DNA of 64,000 nt from an uncultured Candidatus Micrarchaeota archaeon (GTDB taxonomy: Archaea > Micrarchaeota > Micrarchaeia > Anstonellales > Bilamarchaeaceae): assembly GCA_903835385.1 (NCBI GenBank), contig CAILMQ010000046.1:4861-68860 (forward strand). Reading direction: 5' to 3'. The first letter of the stretch is position 1. The number at the start of each line of letters is the position of its first letter. Shown one piece after another: positions 35,713-45,163 of this stretch. The position numbers and the translations under genes were made by a program. The notes under the pieces were generated by a model. That model had not been told where the DNA came from. It did not search any database and worked only from the letters and a program-made list of their open reading frames with translations.

Positions 35713-38325
35713 TTATGGATTTTTTTGTCCAATTTGCCATTTCCGCGCCTCCAGGTAGGCGAAGACCAGGAACGAGAGGCCGATGGCGGCCGCCCATTCG
35801 CGCACGCCGAGGGGCTCGACGTGGAACAGCGCGTTCATAGCAGGATTGTAAAGTATGAAAACCTGGAGCGCCAGCGAGATTACGGTGACATAGACGAGCC
35901 AGCGGTTGCTGAGAATGCCTGCCAGCCCGGGCCTGCCAAGGCTGCGGGCGGAGAACGCCTCTGCCGCCTCGGAAAGCACCACCATGGTGAACACGAGGCT
36001 TTGGGCGAGCGCGATGTCGCCTTGCCTCACCAGGAGCGCGAACGCCCCGATGCTTGCAATGGTCACGATTGCTGGCGCCTCCAATATGAAAGCCCGCGTG
36101 CCCTTCCATATGCTCTCGCCCTTCTGCCTTGGCTTCCTTTTCATCACGCCGCGCTCCACCGGGTCCAGGGCGAGCGCGACGGCAGGCAGCCCGTCTGTCA
36201 CGAGGTTTATCCAGAGTATCTGTATGGCAACCAGCGGCAGCGGCAGGCCGAGCATCACGGCGAAGAACACAATACCCACCTCGGCGATGTTCCCGGAAAG
36301 CAGGTAGGCGAGAGTCTTCTTTATGTTGTCGTACACGCCCCTGCCCTCCTCCACGGCCGCGACTATTGCAGCGAAATTGTCGTCTGCGAGCACCATGTCC
36401 GAGCTCTCCTTTGCCACCTCGGTGCCCGTGATGCCCATGGCCACGCCGATGTCCGCCCTTTTGAGGGCCGGGGCGTCATTGACCCCGTCCCCGGTCATTG
36501 CGACCACGTGGCCTTTCCGGTTCAGCGCCTCCACTATGCGGAGCTTGTGGCCCGGTGAAACGCGCGCATACACTGAAACCTTTTCCACGCAGGACTCGAG
36601 CTTTTCCTGGTCCATGGCGTCGAGTTCATCTCCGGTGAGCACCTCGCCGTTTCCTATTGTAAGCTCCTGCGCTATTGCTTTGGCGGTGAGCGGGTGGTCT
36701 CCGGTTATCATTATCACGCGGATGCCCGCGCTCCTGCAGAGCTCCAGCGCACCGCGCACCTCTTCCCGCGGGCTGTCCATCATCCCGGCTATGCCGACGA
36801 ATATGAGAGTTTTCTCCGCGGACGCCTGCTGGAGTTTTCCGGTTCCGGATTCCTTGTATGCGAGCGCGAGCGTGCGGTATCCCCTGGAGGCGAGCGAGTC
36901 GTTTTCCTTGTGGATTCTTTCCCTGTCCAAGGCGGTGAGATTTCTCGCCTTCCCGTTTTCCAGGACCAGCGAAGATGCCGCGAGCACGGACTCCGGCGCG
37001 CCCTTCACGTACGTCATGCGCCCGGCGCCGGCTTTCCGCACCACTGCCATCATTTTCCTTTCCGAGTCGAACGGGAATTCCATCACCGCGGGCCGCTCCC
37101 TGTCCATGGGCTCCTTCCAAATGCCCGCCTTGGCACCGAGCGCGAGCAGCGCGCCTTCCGTGGGGTCGCCTATCACGTGCCATGCTTCGCGCTCCTTGCG
37201 CAGGTACGCGCTGTTGCAGAGCACGCCTATTTCCATGAGCATGCGCAGGCTAGGGGACGGCTTTGCCAGCTCCGTGCCCCGGGCGGAGAACCCGCCCCTG
37301 GGCGCATAGCCTGAGCCGGAGACGTCCACCCACTCGCCGGCCAGGAGCACTTTCCGGACAGTCATCTCGTTCCTGGTGAGGGTGCCGGTCTTGTCCGTGC
37401 AGATGACGTCCGCGCAGCCCAGGGTCTCCACGGACTTGAGCTTCTTCACTATGGCGTTCCTCGCAGACATGCGCTGCACGCCGATTGCCAGCGTTATCAC
37501 CACCACCGCGGGAAGACCCTCGGGTATGGCGGCGACGGCGAGGCTCACGGAGGTGAGGAACATGTCGAGGGGCCCGAAGCCGCGCAGCAGGCCGGCAATG
37601 AAAATGAGCGCGCAGAGCGCCACCACACCGGTACCGAGCTGCTTTCCCATGCGCTCCAGGTCCTTTTCCACGGGCGTACGCTCCTTCTCTGCCGCCTGGG
37701 CCATCTCGGATATCCTGCCCATGCGGGTACTCATGCCTGTTTCGGCCACCACCATCCTTCCCCGGCCCGAAGCCACCACGGTGCCCATCCAGATGCCGCT
37801 CGCCCCGGCAGGCTTGCCCACAGGAACGCTTTCTCCGGTGAGCGCGGCTTCGTCGGCCGCGAGGCCGAATGACTGGACGACGATGCCGTCCGCAGGAACG
37901 CGGTCGCCGGCCTCCAGCAGGACCACGTCTCCGGGCACGAGGCTGCGCGCATCCAGGACAACCACGTGATTGTCCCTGAGGCAGAGAGCCTTGCTGGAAA
38001 CCATTCTTCTGAGCGCCTCGAAGGACTTCTCGGCCCTGTACTCCTGGGCAAAGCCGAGCGCGGCCTGCATTAGCACGATTGCGCATATCATGGCTGCGTC
38101 GAGCGTTTCCCCGAGAAAGAGGGCCACGGCCGCAGCGGCCAGAAGCAGCAGCACGAGGAAATCCGTGAAATGCATGAGGAATTGCACGATTGCCGGCCGC
38201 TTTTTCCGCTCCCTGAGCTCGTTGGAACCGTATTTGGCGAGGCGGGCGGCTGCCTCTTCGGAAGAAAGCCCTTCCGTAGCGGAATCGTCCTTTTTGTTCG
38301 CCATCGGAAAAGGATTCCCTTGCAT
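35713..38325 (-). CDS. P-type ATPase, type II (Ca2+/cation-transporting)
   Basis: Motifs DKTGTLT, TGES, MITGD and TGDGVNDAPALKRADIGVAMG, with about 10 TM segments. Start may be Met8 (38304). Confidence 0.9.
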   Translation of the reverse strand: MQGNPFPMANKKDDSATEGLSSEEAAARLAKYGSNELRERKKRPAIVQFLMHFTDFLVLLLLAAAAVALFLGETLDAAMICAIVLMQAALGFAQEYRAEKSFEALRRMVSSKALCLRDNHVVVLDARSLVPGDVVLLEAGDRVPADGIVVQSFGLAADEAALTGESVPVGKPAGASGIWMGTVVASGRGRMVVAETGMSTRMGRISEMAQAAEKERTPVEKDLERMGKQLGTGVVALCALIFIAGLLRGFGPLDMFLTSVSLAVAAIPEGLPAVVVITLAIGVQRMSARNAIVKKLKSVETLGCADVICTDKTGTLTRNEMTVRKVLLAGEWVDVSGSGYAPRGGFSARGTELAKPSPSLRMLMEIGVLCNSAYLRKEREAWHVIGDPTEGALLALGAKAGIWKEPMDRERPAVMEFPFDSERKMMAVVRKAGAGRMTYVKGAPESVLAASSLVLENGKARNLTALDRERIHKENDSLASRGYRTLALAYKESGTGKLQQASAEKTLIFVGIAGMMDSPREEVRGALELCRSAGIRVIMITGDHPLTAKAIAQELTIGNGEVLTGDELDAMDQEKLESCVEKVSVYARVSPGHKLRIVEALNRKGHVVAMTGDGVNDAPALKRADIGVAMGITGTEVAKESSDMVLADDNFAAIVAAVEEGRGVYDNIKKTLAYLLSGNIAEVGIVFFAVMLGLPLPLVAIQILWINLVTDGLPAVALALDPVERGVMKRKPRQKGESIWKGTRAFILEAPAIVTIASIGAFALLVRQGDIALAQSLVFTMVVLSEAAEAFSARSLGRPGLAGILSNRWLVYVTVISLALQVFILYNPAMNALFHVEPLGVREWAAAIGLSFLVFAYLEARKWQIGQKNP

Positions 38326-38361
38326 GGATTAAATAGATTGCTGCTGCGGGTTTGATTGCGG

Positions 38362-39138
38362 CTAATGTGTTATGGACCTGAGCGTTACCTCGAAATCCAG
38401 GTCCTTGCCTGCGAGCGGATTGTTCTCGTCCATCACCACGGTCTCGTTGTCCACATGAACAGCCCTTGAGGTAGCATTCACCCCGCTGAGATGGGTCACG
38501 GTATATGTGTGACCCTGCACGACGTCGACTCGGATTACGATGGTGTCGTTTGTGACGTTCACCACGGTCTGGGGCAGGCCGCCCACGGCGAACTGCTGCC
38601 CGGGGGAAATGAGGTATCTGATGCGGACGGTGTCATTGGTGAAATTGTCCACGGCCACGTAGCCGACCGCGCTGGGGAACACCTTGCCCTTTTCCACGCT
38701 GACGTTCTGCGAGACGAAATAATCCATGGGCACGTTCTCGTACACGGACATGTTGTAATAGCGCGACTGGTTCATTATCTTCGAGGGGTCCGAAAGGCCG
38801 TAGCCGTCAACCGCGGCCACCGTGAAGTTCTTCGTTTCACCCTGTTCCATGCCCACGATGCCGTTCACGAATCCGTTTATCTTCTGCCCGCCGAGCATGA
38901 GCCGCAGTGACATGGGCTGGTAGGTTCTTGAGGGGCTGGCTATGCCGGAGCGGCTTGCGACGTCCGGAAGCGAAGTGTCGATGACCTTGCCGTCCACGCG
39001 CAGCGTGTAATCCACGGAGACCAGGTCCCCGTACTGCGCGGCGGGCGTGGCGTTCTGCTGCGGCTGCTGCTGCCCGGTGCACCCGGCCATCAGAAGTGCC
39101 ATTGACAGGAAAAACACTGTGAGGAGTATTTTTTTCAT
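38362..39138 (-). CDS. Secreted FKBP/SlyD-type peptidyl-prolyl isomerase lipoprotein
   Basis: Signal peptide with lipobox LMAGC. FKBP ends GDLVSVDYTLRVDGKVIDTS and NPLAGKDLDFEVTLRSI. Ten N-x-S/T sequons. Confidence 0.7.
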   Translation of the reverse strand: MKKILLTVFFLSMALLMAGCTGQQQPQQNATPAAQYGDLVSVDYTLRVDGKVIDTSLPDVASRSGIASPSRTYQPMSLRLMLGGQKINGFVNGIVGMEQGETKNFTVAAVDGYGLSDPSKIMNQSRYYNMSVYENVPMDYFVSQNVSVEKGKVFPSAVGYVAVDNFTNDTVRIRYLISPGQQFAVGGLPQTVVNVTNDTIVIRVDVVQGHTYTVTHLSGVNATSRAVHVDNETVVMDENNPLAGKDLDFEVTLRSITH

Positions 39139-39203
39139 GGATGGTTTCTGCCAGTAATGCTTTTTATTGATATGGTAACATGAAAAGAACGCCCGCTTTT
39201 CAG

Positions 39204-39311
39204 GGGGTCATAGTATAACTAGGTAGTACGGCAGGCTCCAGATCCCGCCTTCTTACGAAGGCACAATGAGGCCGACACCTGCATATCGGAGTTCAAATCT
39301 CCGTGACCCCA
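39204..39311 (+). tRNA. tRNA-Trp (anticodon CCA at 39238-39240) with about 35-nt intron at the canonical 37/38 site (39242-39276)
   Basis: Manual fold. Acceptor GGGGTCA/TGACCCC, D-stem GTAT/GTAC, anticodon stem GCAGG/CCTGC interrupted after CTCCAG, T-arm CGGAG-TTCAAAT-CTCCG. T7 tract at 39324-39330. Confidence 0.8.
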
Positions 39312-39394
39312 GATTTCAACTCCTTTTTTTGCCGTACACAACCTTTTATAAACCTTTTCAGACATATTTAAACACATAAGATAAGGAAAGACCA

Positions 39395-40573
39395 GTGAGC
39401 ATCATGCAGAGTCCAACTACCAGACGTCCAGAAACAGTCCGCCTCGGCGAAATACTGCGCAGGTGCAGCCCCGCGAACCGGGATGTTCCTGTGGATGTGC
39501 TTGAGGAACGCGTACTCAGGGCATGCGGACACAAGACGCCGCGGATCAGGGTGGATGCCGTAGCGGTTGAAAGCACGATGCGCGGGCCTGAAGACGAAGT
39601 ACGCTCGGCCAGGTCCGACTTTGCAGGCATTCTGGGGCCGCGCGGCCTCGGGGAACTGGAGGTGCGCGCCGCTGCCAGAAAAATATTGGACGCCATAGGC
39701 AGGGTGGATGAAAGCCAGCGCAAGGATGCACTCGGCGAAACGATAACCGACCTGGCGAGAATAATCGGGATGATGAAGAACGGCCCGGAGAGGCAGGCGG
39801 CGGCCACGGGCCTTGTGAAGGAACTTTTGGAAGTGATGAGGGGTGCCGGACACGACACTAAAGAGCTCGTCGAGCAAAGGCTCTGGAATTCGGACCTGAG
39901 GTCCACGGTCATAGAATTAAGCGTGCAGGCCAAGGCAAGCCCTGGGAACGGGAGCTTCTCAGCTCGTGGAGAGATACATGTTTCTAATAAGAGACGAACA
40001 CCTGCCTACGGGACAGGTACTGATGACAAAACGCCACGGCTCGCGGCAGTGATAATCCGGGATGACGCTGCGCCAGCTGAAAGCGCCGAAGCCCATGCCG
40101 ACGAGGCAGAAGTTACGGCGCGGATACTCAGTTCCCAGGACGTGGAACCCCTGGAGGACAAGCCTGCGGCCGTGCCGCAAGCAGTCCCGAAGCCCATGGC
40201 GCCCATGGACCTGGCCCTGTTCAGTGCGATTGAGGCCAAAGACGTTTCAGCAACCGAGGAGGCGCTTGGCGCTGGTGCGGATGTCAATGCCAGGGACGAA
40301 TGCGGACAGACTCCGTTCATACGCGCGGCAGTCAATGGCGACAGACAGATGGCAGGGATGCTGGAAAAATGGAACGCAGACATCAACCAGCAGGATAACG
40401 AGGGATGGACCGCGCTCATGTTCGCGGCATCAAGCGGAAACCGCCAGCTGATCATAGAAATACTTTTCCTGGGTGCAAGACGCTATACCCGGAACAACCG
40501 CGGCGAAACCGCGCGCATGCTGGCAGCGGGCCACCCGGAAATAGTAAAAGTGCTTGACGACGACGTGGAGTAG
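39395..40573 (+). CDS. Ankyrin-repeat protein with orphan N-terminal two-thirds
   Basis: C-terminal ANK repeats (GADVNARDECGQTPFIRAAVNGDRQMAGMLEKWNADINQQDNEGWTALMFAASSGN...). GTG 39395 lies about 26 nt from a TATTTAAAC box. An alternative ATG is at 39404. Confidence 0.7.
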   Translation: MSIMQSPTTRRPETVRLGEILRRCSPANRDVPVDVLEERVLRACGHKTPRIRVDAVAVESTMRGPEDEVRSARSDFAGILGPRGLGELEVRAAARKILDAIGRVDESQRKDALGETITDLARIIGMMKNGPERQAAATGLVKELLEVMRGAGHDTKELVEQRLWNSDLRSTVIELSVQAKASPGNGSFSARGEIHVSNKRRTPAYGTGTDDKTPRLAAVIIRDDAAPAESAEAHADEAEVTARILSSQDVEPLEDKPAAVPQAVPKPMAPMDLALFSAIEAKDVSATEEALGAGADVNARDECGQTPFIRAAVNGDRQMAGMLEKWNADINQQDNEGWTALMFAASSGNRQLIIEILFLGARRYTRNNRGETARMLAAGHPEIVKVLDDDVE

Positions 40574-40641
40574 GGATAACCGGTCCGGAGGGGCGGGCAG
40601 GGGTTCGGCGCCATCGTGGCTCCGCATGCGGCATTAGTCAA

Positions 40642-40750
40642 GCACCGAAGGACTTTCGGAGCATTAGAAGAACTGGAGACGACGAATCCTTAGAACACAG
40701 AAAGAAAACAACGAATTACTGCACTACTGGGAAGACGTTAGAACATCTAG
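40642..40750 (-). repeat. Dispersed 3'-flank element, copy 2 (long form, immediately after the stop of 40747..42354)
   Basis: About 110 nt aligns with the reverse complement of 57857-57966 (CACCGRA.GACTTTC.GAGCA...GGAGACGA.GAAT...AGAAAGAAAAC...GAATTAC). Confidence 0.65.
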
Positions 40751-42354
40751 TCCAGCCAGCATTTCGCGTCCAGCCCCAGGTCCGTGGGCAGCCCGGTTAT
40801 GGAGAAGGTGATGTTCTTCTTGTCGTTCAGGTAGATGTCCACGCACGACCTCCTGGAAAGGTAAATGCCGGTGCCCTCGTATATCGTGGCGTTCACGCAG
40901 CGCCTTCCGGCATCGAAGCCGTCGTTGCTGAACCAGTAGTTGACCGTGAGCGTGCCGGGCAGCAGCCGGCAGTTCTGCGATATGGTAGTTATCCTGGACG
41001 AAGGGGCGTCGGTTCCGCTCATCACCTTCTTCACGCCCAGGCCCCACTGGTCCTCGGGATATACGATTACATTATCCGAGGGTGATTTTGAAAACTCAGA
41101 CGCCCCCATCGCAACCGCGGCCGCGAAATCCGAACCGTCCAGGGCCCGCAGGTCCACGGGGACGAGCGAGCCGTCCAGGCGCGCATACGCCGCGAGCACG
41201 GCATCCGGCGTTTTTATCACAGCGCTTTTCATTCCCGCGGCCTCCATGCAGGCTGCGAAAAGCACGGAAAGGCCGGCGCAGTCGCCGGAGCGCGCCTTGA
41301 GCACGTCCGCAGGGAAAGCGAGCGTTCCGGAATAGCAGGCGCCCTGGCTTTTTTCCACCTGGATGCTGCGCGCCTGGAGATGGCCGAATATCTGCCGCGC
41401 GGCGCGCTCCTTCTGGTCGTCGGTTTTCAGGTCGGCTCCAAGCGTCGCATCCAGGGCCAGGTCCTTCACGGACGGGTCGTCGGAATCCGCCCACACCGCA
41501 GCGGCCTCCGGGACGTTCCAGTTGAAATAGCCCAGTGGCTGCAGAATCACGTCGGTCGCAAACGAGCCGGTGCGGTTCGTGCTTCCGCCGGAGTATTGCA
41601 GGGCGATTTTGAGCCTTGCCGTGGAGTTTTCCGAAGGAACGAGCGCCTTTTCATTGAATGAGGGCGTGTAGTTGAACACCAGCGAGTCTCCTGGCGCGAT
41701 TGCCCCGATGTCGTATACGTTGACTCCGGTGTAACCCTGGATCTCGGGCTTGGCCCTGATGAGGGATGTCTGCGCGTTGCCCGTGTTCCTCATGATTACC
41801 CTGATGACCGGCCCCACGCCCTTCTCTATGGTTTTCGGGGGCACGGCATAGAGCACCACCGGCGACAGGGGAACCACGGACACGTTTCCGATGATGATTT
41901 CACCCACGCTTGCCGAACATGCGTTGCCCGGACCGCAGGTGTAGCCCGCGGGGCAGCCGCAGTCCGCGCAGCAGTTCGTGGAATCCTCGCCAGCCTGGCA
42001 GCCGAACTTGCCGCAGACTGCCTTTTCCACGCAGGAATTGTTCACGCAGCCGTAATCAGCGCCGCACGCCGGGTTGCCGTATGCGCAGCCGGATGCAGGC
42101 GGATTCGGGGATGGCGAAGAAATATTGGTTGTGGCGTTGGTTGTGGCTGGCGGAACGGCTGGAGCCGCGCAGGTGTTGTTGATGCATTGCTGGCCCTGGC
42201 CGCAGGCCGGGTTCTGGTATGCGCAGCCGGATGAGGGCTGGGGCGCGACGGTGGCGTTGGCGTCGTTTCCTCCTGAAAGCGGCTTCATGAGGCAGCCGTA
42301 GAGCAGGAGAACACAAAGGAAGAGCACTGCGAAAATTGATGGATGTCTGCCCAT
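40747..42354 (-). CDS. Secreted Cys-rich lipoprotein with a transglutaminase-like core motif (tentative)
   Basis: Lipobox LLYGC. Duplicated module GCAY(Q/G)NPACG...C(I/V)NN(T/S)C. Motif SGDCAGLSVLFAACMEAAGMKSAVI resembles the TGase-core Cys motif, but no downstream His was recognised. Many N-x-S/T sequons. Confidence 0.45.
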   Translation of the reverse strand: MGRHPSIFAVLFLCVLLLYGCLMKPLSGGNDANATVAPQPSSGCAYQNPACGQGQQCINNTCAAPAVPPATTNATTNISSPSPNPPASGCAYGNPACGADYGCVNNSCVEKAVCGKFGCQAGEDSTNCCADCGCPAGYTCGPGNACSASVGEIIIGNVSVVPLSPVVLYAVPPKTIEKGVGPVIRVIMRNTGNAQTSLIRAKPEIQGYTGVNVYDIGAIAPGDSLVFNYTPSFNEKALVPSENSTARLKIALQYSGGSTNRTGSFATDVILQPLGYFNWNVPEAAAVWADSDDPSVKDLALDATLGADLKTDDQKERAARQIFGHLQARSIQVEKSQGACYSGTLAFPADVLKARSGDCAGLSVLFAACMEAAGMKSAVIKTPDAVLAAYARLDGSLVPVDLRALDGSDFAAAVAMGASEFSKSPSDNVIVYPEDQWGLGVKKVMSGTDAPSSRITTISQNCRLLPGTLTVNYWFSNDGFDAGRRCVNATIYEGTGIYLSRRSCVDIYLNDKKNITFSITGLPTDLGLDAKCWLD

Positions 42355-42415
42355 GGCAACCGTTAACGAATAAGATAGAAACGTCTTTTAGCTTTTCCCA
42401 TTCTATTCTTTCCGT

Positions 42416-43240
42416 ATGCCAGGCACGATGGAGTTTCTCAGGAGGAGCGCGGAAGAGAGAAAAACCGTGCTGTGCTTCGGCATGGACCCGGTCCTTGAGA
42501 GGATAAACGCCGGCTCCGCCACCGGCGCGATTGAGGAGCGCATCGAGCCTTTTTTCCACGGCATCACGGACAGGCTGCTGGAGGAAAACGAAATCGCGGC
42601 CATAAAGCCGAATTACGCCTATTTCGCGAAATACGGGTTCGACGGCCTGTACGTGCTCGAGGGCATCATGCAGCGCTACAAAAACAAGATTCCCATAATC
42701 CTGGACGGGAAGCGCGGCGACATCGGAAAGTCCAGCGAGGCGTATGCCGCCGAGGCCTTCGATTTCTGGGGCGCGGACGCGCTCACCGTAAGCCCTTACA
42801 TGGGCGAGGATTCGGTGAGGCCCTTTGCCCGCGAAGGGAAGCTCGCCTACGTGCTCTGCAGGACGTCCAACGAGGGGGCGCGGGATTTCCAGGAGCTCAG
42901 ATGCGGCAGGAAATTCCTCTATGAAATAGTCGCCGAGAAGGCCGTGTCCTGGGGCTGCGGGCTGGTTGTCGGAGCCACGAGCGATTCCATAAAGAGGCTC
43001 GTGAAGGCGGCCGGAAACGAGGTCCCGTTCCTGATTCCTGGAATCGGGGCGCAGGGCGGGGACCTGGAGATGGTGATGGAGGCGCTGAAACCCAACCCCC
43101 ACATCCACCGCATAAGCGCGAGCGCGTCCATCGCCTATGCATACGAGAAAGCAGGCGGCAATCCGGTTGAGGCCGCACTGAAGGAAGCGCAGAAGCTGAA
43201 TGCCGTGATACGGGAATACGTCCCCAGATTTTCCAAATAA
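42416..43240 (+). CDS. pyrF: Orotidine 5'-phosphate decarboxylase (type 2)
   Basis: Motifs IKPNYAYF, ILDGKRGDIG and PGIGAQGG. Confidence 0.9.
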   Translation: MPGTMEFLRRSAEERKTVLCFGMDPVLERINAGSATGAIEERIEPFFHGITDRLLEENEIAAIKPNYAYFAKYGFDGLYVLEGIMQRYKNKIPIILDGKRGDIGKSSEAYAAEAFDFWGADALTVSPYMGEDSVRPFAREGKLAYVLCRTSNEGARDFQELRCGRKFLYEIVAEKAVSWGCGLVVGATSDSIKRLVKAAGNEVPFLIPGIGAQGGDLEMVMEALKPNPHIHRISASASIAYAYEKAGGNPVEAALKEAQKLNAVIREYVPRFSK

Positions 43241-43339
43241 CAGCCCCTGATCGCCCTACTTCGTCATTCGCCATATCCCGATACGATAAATTAAAAGCGC
43301 TATTCTTCCTATCAGGAGACGACTCCCGAATGAACAACA

Positions 43340-45163
43340 ATGAAAACAGGTGATATGTTGGCTTTCAGCATAAAAATCGGCGCCCAGGCCGGGGCGGGCG
43401 TTATGGTGACCGGCCGCTCGCTGGCCAAATGCTTCACGCGCGGCGGGCTCAATGTGGTGGCTTACCCGGAATACCCGTCCATAATACGCGGCGGCCACAA
43501 TTCCTACCAGGTGGTGGTATCGGACAAGCCGGTGCACTCGCCCCTGATGCACAGCGACATCGTGGTCGCTCTCAACCAGGATGCGGTGCTTTTCCACAAG
43601 GACTCGCTTTCCAAGGGAGGCGCCCTGATATACGATTCCAGAATAGACGCGCAAAAGTTCAAGCCAAGGAAGGACATACTGCTGTTCCGGCTTCCGATAG
43701 AGGACCTGCTGGCCAAATCAGGAGCCACGGCGAAGATGGCGAACACGGTCGCGCTCGGCGCCGCGCTAGCGGTTTCCGGCTATCCGTTCGGCTTGCTCGA
43801 AACCGTGCTGCGCGACGAGTTCACGCGCAAGGGCGAGAACATTGTCAGGGAAAACATCTCCGCGGCCAGGGCGGGCTACGACCATGCGAAAGCTGATTTC
43901 AAGGGGTTCGGCAAAAGCCTGAAGCCGGCCTCTGACAAAAGGAAGATATTCTTGGAGGGCAACGAGGCGGTGGCGCTCGGAGCGGTGAAGGCGGGCATGA
44001 AGTTCTACGTCGCCTACCCAATGACCCCGGCATCCACCCTGCTCCACTACTTCTGCGAGAACGACCGCAAACTCGACATAGTGGTGAAGCAGACCGAGGA
44101 CGAGATAGCTGCCATGAATTACGCCGTGGGCGCGAACTTCGCGGGCGTGCGCGCCATGACCGGCACGTCTGGCGGAGGGTTCTCGCTCATGGTCGAGGCC
44201 CTTGGCATGGCTGCGGAATCCGAGACGCCGGTGGTCGTGACGCTGGTCTCCAGGCCAGGGCCCGGCACCTGCATGCCCACCTGGACCGAGCAGGCGGAAC
44301 TGAGGTTCGCGCTCCACGCATCACAGGGCGAATTCCTGCGCGTGATACTCGCGCCCGGGGACGTGGACGAATGCTTCAATCTCGCATGGCGGGCATTCAA
44401 CTTCGCGGACAAGTACCAGATGCCCGTAATCATACTGCTGGACAAGTTCCTCGGTGAAAGCACGTTCTCCACTGAACGGTTCGATGAAAGCAAAGTGAAA
44501 ATAGAGCGCGGGAAGATAGCGAAGGACCTTCCCGAACTCCCCCCTAACACGCGCTTCAGGCGCTATGCCCTGTCTGCGGACGGCGTGTCGGCGCGGCCGC
44601 TTCCGGGTGAGCCCGAAGGCATGCACGTGGCCACGAGCTACGAGCACGACGAGACCGGCTACAGCTCCGAGGATTTCTCAGTGCGCAAGGCACAGGTGGA
44701 CAAGAGGATGGCGAAGCTGGATGCGCTGGTGAAGGAGATTCCTGGCCCGGCGCTTTATGGCAGGAAAACCGCGGATGTCACGCTCGTGTGCTGGGGCAGC
44801 CAGAAGCTTCCCTGCCTGGACAGCCTGGAGATGCTCGCGGAAAAGGGCGTGACTGCGAACCTGCTCCACTTCTCCTACTTGTTCCCGGTGAATGTGAAAG
44901 AAGTGCAAAAGGCGCTCGCGAAATGCAAAAAGACCGTGCTCGTGGAAAACAACGCCACTGCGCAGCTCGCGGGCCTGCTCAAGGAATACGCGGACGCGGG
45001 GTTCGATTTCCATCTGCTGAAGTACGACGGCAGGCAGTTCTTCCCTGAGCAGATAGCCGGCGAGGTGGCAAAGCTCGCGGAAAAGGGATTCAAAGGCAGG
45101 AAGGAAATCCGAATCGGGGATGCGGACTACGAGTATTACAATACCCAAAGGTACGGGCTCTAG
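43340..45163 (+). CDS. 2-oxoacid:ferredoxin oxidoreductase alpha subunit (gamma-alpha fusion type)
   Basis: N-terminal gamma-like domain (EYPSIIRGGHNSYQV) followed by an alpha domain (GNEAVALGAVKAGMKFYVAYPMTPAS). Confidence 0.85.
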   Translation: MKTGDMLAFSIKIGAQAGAGVMVTGRSLAKCFTRGGLNVVAYPEYPSIIRGGHNSYQVVVSDKPVHSPLMHSDIVVALNQDAVLFHKDSLSKGGALIYDSRIDAQKFKPRKDILLFRLPIEDLLAKSGATAKMANTVALGAALAVSGYPFGLLETVLRDEFTRKGENIVRENISAARAGYDHAKADFKGFGKSLKPASDKRKIFLEGNEAVALGAVKAGMKFYVAYPMTPASTLLHYFCENDRKLDIVVKQTEDEIAAMNYAVGANFAGVRAMTGTSGGGFSLMVEALGMAAESETPVVVTLVSRPGPGTCMPTWTEQAELRFALHASQGEFLRVILAPGDVDECFNLAWRAFNFADKYQMPVIILLDKFLGESTFSTERFDESKVKIERGKIAKDLPELPPNTRFRRYALSADGVSARPLPGEPEGMHVATSYEHDETGYSSEDFSVRKAQVDKRMAKLDALVKEIPGPALYGRKTADVTLVCWGSQKLPCLDSLEMLAEKGVTANLLHFSYLFPVNVKEVQKALAKCKKTVLVENNATAQLAGLLKEYADAGFDFHLLKYDGRQFFPEQIAGEVAKLAEKGFKGRKEIRIGDADYEYYNTQRYGL

